Positions 11,960 through 20,000 of a stretch of 20,000 bases of DNA are shown piece after piece; within the stretch, counting starts at the first letter, position 1, and every line of letters begins with the position of its first letter. The stretch comes from Rotaria socialis (lineage: Eukaryota): contig CAJNYD010000224.1 of assembly GCA_905331295.1 (NCBI GenBank), positions 331,673-351,672 of the forward strand. The letters are read 5' to 3'. The position numbers and the translations under genes were made by a program. Below the pieces are notes generated by a model. It saw only the letters and a program-made list of their open reading frames with translations, was not told the origin of the DNA and did not search any database.

Positions 11960-12470
11960 AAGTGTACTGTAGGTTATTGCGGGTCCTGAATCCGAATTCG
12001 AAGCCCATTTCTTTGGCCGAGGGAAATAAACTCTCTCATTTTATGCCTTTTGGCCGTTTCGGTCGAACTTGGCTATTACATCGACTGTAGGGATGGTCAT
12101 ATGAAACAAAATGCGTTTGTATGCTTGTGGCAGGTCAGAAAAAACATCGGTTACCGTTGACGTTATTTCTAAGCTTTTCAATTTTTTTTATGAAAATTTA
12201 CCGTAGGTTCTCGAGATCGGGGAATCCGAATCTGAAATCAGATTTTAGAAATTTTGAGTTCCGTTTTTCGGATGACGGAAATGGTAGTTTTGGGAAACCG
12301 TTGATATTGTATAAAGGTTGACGGAAGTAAATCGGGGTCTGGACATCCGAATCCGAAGTCAGATTTTAAAAATCTCGAAATGAATTTTCTAGAGCTTACG
12401 TTAGTATGTTTTGGCAGATATTTAGACTGTATCTAGTTTGGTCATAGATAATCGAGGTCTCAGAAGTTGT
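11960..12470 (+). repeat. Degenerate ~116-121 bp tandem array
   Basis: Unit starts ACTGTAGG 11966, ACTGTAGG 12084, ACCGTAGG 12200, ACGGAAG 12321, partial unit near 12442. Core GAATCCGAATCTGAAATCAGATTTT variants at 11988, 12222 and 12343. Confidence 0.6.
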
Positions 12471-13945
12471 ACTTCATTTTGGCTATGAGAGTTTTGTCTT
12501 TGATCTTCTTAGAAAAACAGTGTCTTCGAGATTGTGAAGAATCATACAAGCATAACTGAATTTTGTTCTGGGATGAAGCGTACCCTTAATATCATTTTCA
12601 GATACGCTGATGATCAACTAGTTTCTAATGGGAATATTTTAAATCTATTTCATCTGGGAAGTGTTCAGTATTGAAATGGGAGTCGGTTTTCTGTTTGATG
12701 ATACTTGATGTTGAGAGTGGCGATTTTTGTTTCAATGCAGGTTCTCAGCAATGGTCACGGAACGCTCTTTGTTAGAAATAGATTTAATGAATAAGTAATT
12801 TCCAGTATCAAGTGAAGAGTTCGTGCCTGAAGAATTGATTGTTTTCCTGAGTTTAACAAAACTGCAGTGGGCTGGAGCTTGTGAAATATGAGTACTGTGT
12901 GGTATGGGGGTTATGCAGATCAGTAGCTGCTAGGCGTGAGTGACACCTCGTAGGGGCGCCGACGAACGGCTAGGTGCTGCTTTACTGATGGAGACAATGA
13001 TCAGAAGCAGTAGACACGCATACATATATCTCGACTATCTAGATATAAGTGGTTTCAAAATTGTTCAAAATTATCATCGAATTTGAATGTTAAAATGAAC
13101 TAAAGGATAAATTACTTTTAGGGATCGCTGATCGGGGAGCTGCATTCAATGGGAATCATACCCTGGTTGTTTTCGATTTCCTCGACTCAATGGAAGGTTT
13201 AGCTTCCTCGAAGCACTCAAAAGAGTCTTTATTTTTGAAGGATAGGTAGCTTTTTGCAGTCTTTCGAATTAAGAGTGTTTTCATACTACTGTCTGATTTG
13301 TATATTGATCCTTTACTTATTTCGCAGCTTGCTCAAATATGAGTTTCGATCACGAAAATTGAAATATTTCACTGCAGGTTCGACACGACTTATTTTATTT
13401 TCCGTTCAACTTTTAAATAATACCTAACTATCCACCAAACAGATTCTCTATGATTCATTCATAAGTTGAAAAAAAGCTGGATGTGTTGTTGTGAAGTGGC
13501 AAGTTATACGTTCTTTATCATGGATGCACAATAAAATGACCAGAAATATCGAACGGGATCGCAGTTCGAAGTTCTGTTTGATAAAAACTTTGGCGATATT
13601 GCTGACTACATTTTTAAGAGGTCGTGGGTTCTAAGTATTCTCTGAATGTGATTACAATGATTCTCTGAAATACTAGAATCCAACTATGTATTAACTGTAA
13701 ATCATGTCTACTTTAATAAATTACGATGAAAGTTGTACTGTGAATGTTCATTAATGCGGCCACGCATGTCTGAAAATTTGAGGCTGATCGAAACATCTTA
13801 AGTGGTATTATTCTTGATAGGTGAGGGATTTAAGTCACATAAAATTATTTTTCCTCTGCCTATGCTATTGGTAGCCTTGTTTGTATGCACTATACGATTA
13901 GTATTAGCATGATATTGTATACATTGTACCAATTCTAGCGACCTG

Positions 13946-14179
13946 TTGGTCCTTAAGTCACAGTGTGCTCAGTTGAATTCAGGACAGGAAGAAGCGTGAA
14001 ACTGTGCATAAGATACAGTAATCTAGCATCAATTTTCATGTCAGGGTCTAAAATCATATCCATTCTATTTCAAATACTGGAAAGTAGTGTTGTTGAAGCT
14101 TGCAAAGCAATAAATTATATCGAAGAAGCACGACATACAGTCGAGGGTCAAGCGAGTCTAAGCGACGAGCGTTACTTGT
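13946..14179 (+). repeat. Right arm of 234-bp inverted repeat, HINE/DINE-1-like 3' terminus
   Basis: Inverted copy of 11575-11808; terminates GAGGGTCAA-hairpin-GCGTTACTTGT|TTAA. Confidence 0.93.
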
Positions 14180-14275
14180 TTAATAATATTCTCTATCATG
14201 TTTTTGTGTGTTTTTAATATTGAAATTTCTCTTTTTCTTTTTTCTTCTTATTGGCTTCATTACATTTTATTTCAG

Positions 14276-14876
14276 ATAGAATTTGATGTTGTATGGAATT
14301 AAATCATCGGTCAAACTAATAACATTCCTTCCATGTTGGCTCTAGTCTCTCTAAATAAAAATAATTATCATACGAGCAACAAATATGATATACATTTCAA
14401 TTCATCTAAAGCACAACTTATGTCTATATCTGGTTCGAATAATCAAGGATCGATATTCAATGATGCTCAAGTTAATATAACAAATGTTTTTGATCAACCA
14501 ATTTTTCTATCTTTATATTCACATTCTATGTTAATCTATATTGTATTCATTACTTTCCTATCGATAATAATAATGATCCTGTTTTTATTTTTCTATCATC
14601 GATATCATCGACAAAAATTCTATTTTAATAGTTTAAAGAAACAATCCGATCATTCATGTAAATCATCGAATCAAGCAAATGATATACAAAGTAAGAATCT
14701 ATTGTTTCTGCATATATGTGTACCATTATTTTTGACTAGATACATTACAGACATATATCATATACAATGAACCAAAGGAACATCATCCAAATAATGAAAA
14801 CAAATCCTTGGACGAACAAGATAATCAGAATTTATTTACAACAACTGAAGTCAATACATTAGTAGATATTCAATCT
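14276..14876 (+). pseudogene. Spliced fragment of a single-pass membrane protein gene nested in the MFS intron
   Basis: Acceptor TTTCAG at 14275; exon 14276-14690 has one early in-frame TAA and a TM helix MLIYIVFITFLSIIIMILFLFFY followed by basic HRYHRQK. A 49-nt GT-AG intron (14691-14739) joins in frame to exon 14740-14876; donor GTAAGT at 14877, then the gap. Confidence 0.6.
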
Positions 14877-14906
14877 GTAAGTATTTCTAATAAATATTTC
14901 AATATA

Positions 14907-15006
14907 NNNNNNNNNNNNNNNNNNNNNNNNNNNNNNNNNNNNNNNNNNNNNNNNNNNNNNNNNNNNNNNNNNNNNNNNNNNNNNNNNNNNNNNNNNNNNN
15001 NNNNNN
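14907..15006. other. Assembly gap (100 N)
   Basis: Run of 100 N, typical of a gap of unknown length. Confidence 0.99.
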
Positions 15007-15131
15007 CGCATTATTTTCATTCATACAAGAGGTGAGTAAGTTGTATAGCTTAATAGCATTAGATTTGTAGACACTGTACGTCAGAGCATTATTTTGTGAC
15101 TAATTTTTCTACTTAACTATTGCTTTGTTAG

Positions 15132-15405
15132 GACTTCTCGTGATTTTTGAACAGTTCCTCTAATAGATTCTGTGGTGTTTAGTGGATGCAGAGCGAAACC
15201 TTTGTAATTTCTGGAGTATTCGATTCGAAGGATGTGGGCGTCGACCTGAACATAGCTATGGTCGTTCTCTACTATTCTATATCCATACCTAACGAATGAC
15301 AAAAAGAGGATGATAACTCAATTCCGCAATTGTGGTTCCAAGTGATAAATGGAATTGCAAGAATTATATGGAATTGATTTCGCAATGTTCAACATCGCGC
15401 AATAG
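15132..15405 (+). pseudogene. Possible relic 3' exon of a carbohydrate sulfotransferase (Sulfotransfer_2/CHST-like)
   Basis: After acceptor TTGTTAG (15131): LCNFWSIRFEGCGR at 15200 and, in another frame, LYPYL...MITQFRN...ELQELYGIDFAMFN. These resemble the CHST C-terminal motifs LCxPCxIxYDxxGK and LYxxYxxDFxMFxY. Contains stops and a frameshift. Confidence 0.4.
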
Positions 15406-15849
15406 GGTGCATCCTCAGATTTTAGTCGAATTAGTATCATTTTGATTGAAAATCTACTCTCTAATTAAGAATTTCTAATAATTGGTAGTTCTGCCCTAAA
15501 TGAAGAAGTGTATTTTTCTCAAACTATCTGCCACACAGCATGAGACTTCTATCTTCGCTACAAAACTCTTTCTTATCTCCAAATTTCTTATTTGGTTATT
15601 TCGTCTGTTACGATGAACATAACTGGATTCTGTAGATATTTTCCAAACATAGAGATTAGGGCCTAAAACACATCGAGTTTTGGTGCGCCTTCACAGTCCC
15701 GGCTCAATTCTTTTCTTGCCAAACATTAAAATGTCTGTTTTGAGTGAGATAGTAGCGTTCTTTTTCTTGTATTATAATTCTATAGGAATTATTCGATGAG
15801 CTTTTCTCCAATCGTTTAATGGCTTCTAAGGTTTTACTTCTTGTTTTAG

Positions 15850-16681
15850 GCCAGAAATTGCTAAACATACAGTAAATGCGTTACCACGACCATATAGTGG
15901 TGCCTATCTAACAACATTATGTGAATGTACGTTACTTCTATTATCGATGACATTGATTCAATTTCCAAACGTTAAAAAAGCAGATTATGCCATAGTATCG
16001 ACTTTGCCATCAAAGATGGCTGTTTCAAACAACAAGAAAACAACTCGTTCAATATTCGTTATAGCATTTCAACGAAAATTTTTGATTGCTGCACTTGGAG
16101 GGTTTGTTTCATGGTCTGCCATGGCTGTTCAGATGTCAGCCACTCCACTAGCTATGACGAGAGCTGGATACCAGTTCTCTCAGTCAACAACAGTTATTGA
16201 ATTCCACTTGTTGGGAATGTTTGTACCATCTTTTTTCACTGGAACTCTTTGTAACCTACTTGGAAGTCGACTGGTTATGTTAGCTGGATTATTGATACAA
16301 CTTACGGGAGCACTTCTATTTCAGCGTGGATTTCAATTTAACCATTTTAATTTAGGTCTGATTATCGTCGGAGTCGGCTGGAATTTCGGTTACGTAGGTG
16401 CTTCAGCATTGCTTACCGAGTCACATCGACACGACGAAAAACAAAAAACACATTCACTGTATGAAGCAATCGTTATGTCTAGTATATCAATTGCGTTCTT
16501 TTCATCGGCATTCATGGAACAGCGTTTTGGGTGGATTACTTTAACCGGAAAAATAATAAGCACGTATTTAGCATTGGCTGTTCTTATAGTATTTGTTGAC
16601 ACAGTTTTAGCGTTATTTCAATCTAAAGATGTTCGAATGCCGCTGCCAACGAACGACGAAGATATTCAAACTCCGGCATAA
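15850..16681 (+). CDS. MFS transporter (bacterial RfnT-like), exon 2
   Basis: Acceptor TTGTTTTAG|G at 15849 joins exon 1 in phase to give SSIIGPEIAKHT. Motifs MSATPLAM, VIEFHLLGMFVPSFFTG, GVGWNFGYVGASALL; stop TAA at 16681. Joined CDS is 1413 nt (470 aa). Confidence 0.9.
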
Positions 16682-17942
16682 GTTACAATGCAACTTTCAA
16701 AAACTACCGTTTTTTAGAGAGAAGCCATAAGAAATTTTGATATTAGGATTTAATTTATGGATAACTATATCTTTCATAATTGAAAAAATAAAAATAACAA
16801 CGAAAAATATAAAAGACAAAATCAATTTATTCAACTAAATAAAACAAAAAACAACTCCCTTTCAACGCCGAGTTTTATATGTATATATTGCCATTGATAA
16901 AAATTATCGAGTTCTAGGAAAATAATAATATGAAGATATTACGGCAACAACGGATTTCGTCCCAAAGCAATGAATTATAGTGTGAAGTATGAGTAAATGA
17001 CATGAAAATCCTTCCTAAAAAGATTTCGAAACAAGAAAAAGAATAACTAAGCTTTCATGAACGTATGAATGCAAATGGATCGGTATAGAATTACAAGAAG
17101 GCGTTAGGCTCCTTCAAAAATACACAGTTACATTTGACGATTATGTAGGTTGTTTAAAAAAGGTGACCCATATTCAGTAATTCGAAGAAATAAACACTTT
17201 GACATTATGAAAGCGATAGAATTTCATCTACTTTGAAATTATTGATTTCATATAACGGCTTTGTTAAAAAACTTGTTTGTATCCATGTTGCACTTCTATT
17301 CATTTAATATTTTTTATTCATAAACTGGACTATATTATAGAAGTAATGCTTTTGAATTTTTCAAATAACGCACAATTTATAATTATCAATTAATTCATAT
17401 AGGTAAGCGTGTTTGTAGTTCAGAGCGTGAGTAAAAACAATATGTATATGAACATATACAATATATACTTACAATTGGACAAAATTGTAAGAAAATACTG
17501 TTCTTGTGTTGCTATCTTCATTAGATACAATTTGGTTTGGTAAATCAGATGTAGGGTTATTTACGCAAAAAAATTCATTCAACTTAAGCTGAGAAAGCTA
17601 CTGTTCATTTTGAATTTATTGTTATCTGATAACATTTTGAAAGTAATTTACTACAACATTATATTATGACATTCAAATACATTTGTAGCTAATACCATTG
17701 AATTAAATTTAGTATGATGCATCGTAAATGTATCATCTTCTTAGTTTAATGAACAACTACATTTTTCCCTTTCAAATATTTTAACACCTCACGTTAGCAC
17801 AAGCTTAAACTAATAAAATGATTCATTAAAAACGACAAAGTTGATACACGCCATTTTTTTCTTCTGTTCGAATCTATTTCTTATCAACTTTTATCCTTAT
17901 TTAAGTCAATCTGGACGTTTGAGTGAACTACCTTATTAATTT

Positions 17943-19118
17943 CCCTAGTGAAAGTACTCGTCCAGCGAGTACAACTTTGCAGCAGGAATACTCAGATTAC
18001 TCGAGTGAGTATTCGATGAATTTTGTGCTTAACTATACTTTTTGTGTACTATGACGAGTACTCCGGTGAGTTTTTTCTCTAACAATTATTCGTATACGAA
18101 AATACGAGTACTTGAGGTAGTACTCATCGTCGTTTTTCAGAAGACATTTAACAAAACATCTATGCACTAGGATGCATGAAAATAAAATAATACTGTGTAA
18201 TTAAGAACAACTATATAATGAATCGAAAATTACGGAAGAACTTTAAAAATAGATTGTCAATTTTATTCTCTATATTTTGTGATGAGTCACTCATGTGGCT
18301 TAATCAATTGGCTATTTAAAGAATAGAAGAAAACAAATTCATTTCATTTCAGCTATTCATTTCTCGCGTAAGACAAAGTATTTATTTGAAAATGTAAATT
18401 ATTTGTTAAACTTAATGTCTTAAATCAAAGATGCAATATCGTTTTAGATAGAATTAGATTTTTTTCTGATAATTGATGAAAAACAAGATGCATGAGAAAA
18501 GTTTTCCAAAAACATGAAATTATATATTGTGAAGAAGCATTATCATACAAAAGACAGTTCATACATTTTCTGTTTGTTACTTAACGGTTTTTGTTTTCGA
18601 TTTTACAAGTTTATATTTTTTGTAACGATCTTAAGTGAATGTGTATTGTTCTCGAGTATCTTAATTTGATTCATAATTTATTTCTCATTAGTGTTTGTGT
18701 TTGTGTTTACATATGTTGTGGTGTTCTTAATACAGGTTTTTATTCACTTTTTCTTACATTCTGTGGATAAATGTTTTATCTCTATGTCATAATTTTTAAA
18801 AGTTAAGACGATGAAACACTCCGCTTCTCAGATTCTCATCGTGTAAGTCATTGTTCTATCACTAATTTTGAAATAAATAAATTGAACCTAGTAAAAGGAG
18901 GCTGGACAAAATATGTGTGAGTATTTTATGACAAGCCCACCATAGTACTCACAGAATGTATGATGAGTACTCAAGGAACACTCAATTTTATAGGGCCATT
19001 ATCCAATAGTCGTACTCAGATACTCAAATTCCAGTACAAGTACTACTAATGAGTTCTCGCTGCATTTTCTAGCGTGAGTACTTTTTGAGTACTCTCGTGA
19101 TGCGTACATTTACTAGGG
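17943..19118. mobile_element. 1.18 kb non-autonomous DNA transposon with CCCTAG ends and GAGTACTC subterminal repeats (CMC/EnSpm-like)
   Basis: Left CCCTAGTGAAAGTACTC vs right reverse complement CCCTAGTAAATGTACGC (14/17). TT(T) on both flanks. Dense GAGTAC/GTACTC motifs at 17953-18126 and 18918-19093; AT-rich non-coding core. Confidence 0.8.
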
Positions 19119-19210
19119 TTTCCTTTTAAGGAACATGAAATAAACTTGGCAAGTATTTAATATCATTTCGTTTTCTTACTTTGATTTTAATTTAAGATAA
19201 GTAACTCGTG

Positions 19211-19625
19211 ATGACCACTGTACTTTCTAATGGAGTAAGTTCTGTTACAACATAATATTATTAGTTTTTTTTAATGAAAAACGTATGTTTAGACTATGTC
19301 AGTAGATAATGTCTATGCTCAATGTATGTTTGTAGCTGTACCCATTAATTGGAATGATATTTCTAATCTAACAACGTGTACAGAAACACTTTCAATATTC
19401 GTCAAACGATATTTTATATACGGAACTGAAAATACAACTCATCATTTATGGCAAATACCAGGCAATTTTTTCTTTTTATTCATATAAATACTTTAATTTT
19501 CTGTGTTGTTCTGTAGATGGTGGTGGTATACTAATACCTACTTTGGAGCAAGAAGCTGTTCTTGTGGTTAATACACTTAACGGTTTAGTATCGATATATG
19601 CAACTGACAAACATGATGTTGGCAA
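19211..19625 (+). pseudogene. Decayed alpha/beta hydrolase (peptidase S33/TAP-like) N-terminal exons
   Basis: Exons 19211-19234, 19293-19461 and 19517-19625 (second intron GC-AG) read AQCMFVAVPINW...TLSIFVKRY...HLWQIPDGGG...IYATDKHDVG. This matches the C-xxx-VPxxW / IFVKR / LWxxxGGxG / DxRGVG architecture with damaged motifs. Reading is broken at 19626. Confidence 0.65.
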
Positions 19626-19735
19626 TAGGGGTGGCACATTTACTTTACTTGAAAAAGTAAATCAGTAAAGTAACTTAAATAAAATATTTACTATTTACTT
19701 TTGCAAAGTAAATATATTTGCTAGTAAATAAAATA
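19626..19735 (+). mobile_element. hAT-like element left end
   Basis: Begins TAGGGGTGGCAC, followed by clustered ATTTACT/AGTAAA(T) subterminal repeats. No matching right end in the window. Confidence 0.5.
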
Positions 19736-20000
19736 AAATTTGGCTTAATTCCATCAGGCTACACATCGAGCAACATATATACTGCACAATCAACTTTGAA
19801 TTAGTTAAAATACGTATATTCGAAACAAATATGATTAGATTTTCTGCTGATAATCCAACTTTCAGTGGAAAGGGTGTTGGTGCTTACATTTTATAGTGAG
19901 TTAAATTCTTTACTGCAAATGGTTATTGTCCAATAATTCGTTATTCGATGAACTATGACTTTTTTCATGAACAACTCCAAACTGCTATGGTGTAATCAGG

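Larger units (their letters stand above)
11571..14179. mobile_element. Candidate 2.6 kb non-autonomous element bounded by long inverted repeats (or two Helentron-like copies joined at an assembly junction)
   Basis: 234-bp inverted arms; TTAA at 11567-11570 and 14180-14183 (left side carries 4 extra nt); internal ~120-bp tandem array; no transposase ORF. Confidence 0.6.
9823..15849 (+). other. 6027-nt spliceosomal intron of the MFS gene (as assembled)
   Basis: GTAAGT donor, pyrimidine-rich TAG acceptor, phase-2 in-frame join. Contains repeats, gene relics and assembly Ns. Confidence 0.8.

Noticed and set aside
11960..12470. CRISPR-like interpretation of the spaced repeat
   Set aside because: Repeats are too degenerate, the period is too long, inter-core sequences are partly homologous, the context is eukaryotic and there are no cas genes.
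8960..12620. CTGATGA hammerhead-core candidates at about 8963, 10487 and 12608 (Penelope/Athena pLTR idea)
   Set aside because: No stem II plus GAAA and flanking helices could be built by eye.
17050..17235. Semi-open frame YECKWIGIELQEG...
   Set aside because: Interrupted by stops and no recognisable homology.

Overview
AT-rich eukaryotic scaffold with ~45-70 bp spliceosomal introns. It is most consistent with a bdelloid rotifer-type genome, which is an inference from composition, intron size and bacterial-type genes. It contains: (1) a 10-exon NOX5-like NADPH oxidase gene (1565-5672, +), interrupted by a 1.16 kb segment with no in-frame acceptor at the homologous position; (2) a bacterial RfnT-like MFS transporter gene (9242-16681, +) split by one 6 kb intron; (3) a 1.18 kb CCCTAG-ended CMC/EnSpm-like non-autonomous element; (4) a decayed, spliced S33-type alpha/beta hydrolase gene broken by a hAT-like end. 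The MFS intron holds a hAT-like mini-element, a near-perfect foldback MITE, a 2.6 kb element bounded by 234-bp inverted repeats with Helentron/HINE-like ends, and relics of other genes. Single Ns at 11229 and 11809 and a 100-N gap at 14907-15006 make the internal order of that intron uncertain. No RNA genes or CRISPR arrays were seen.
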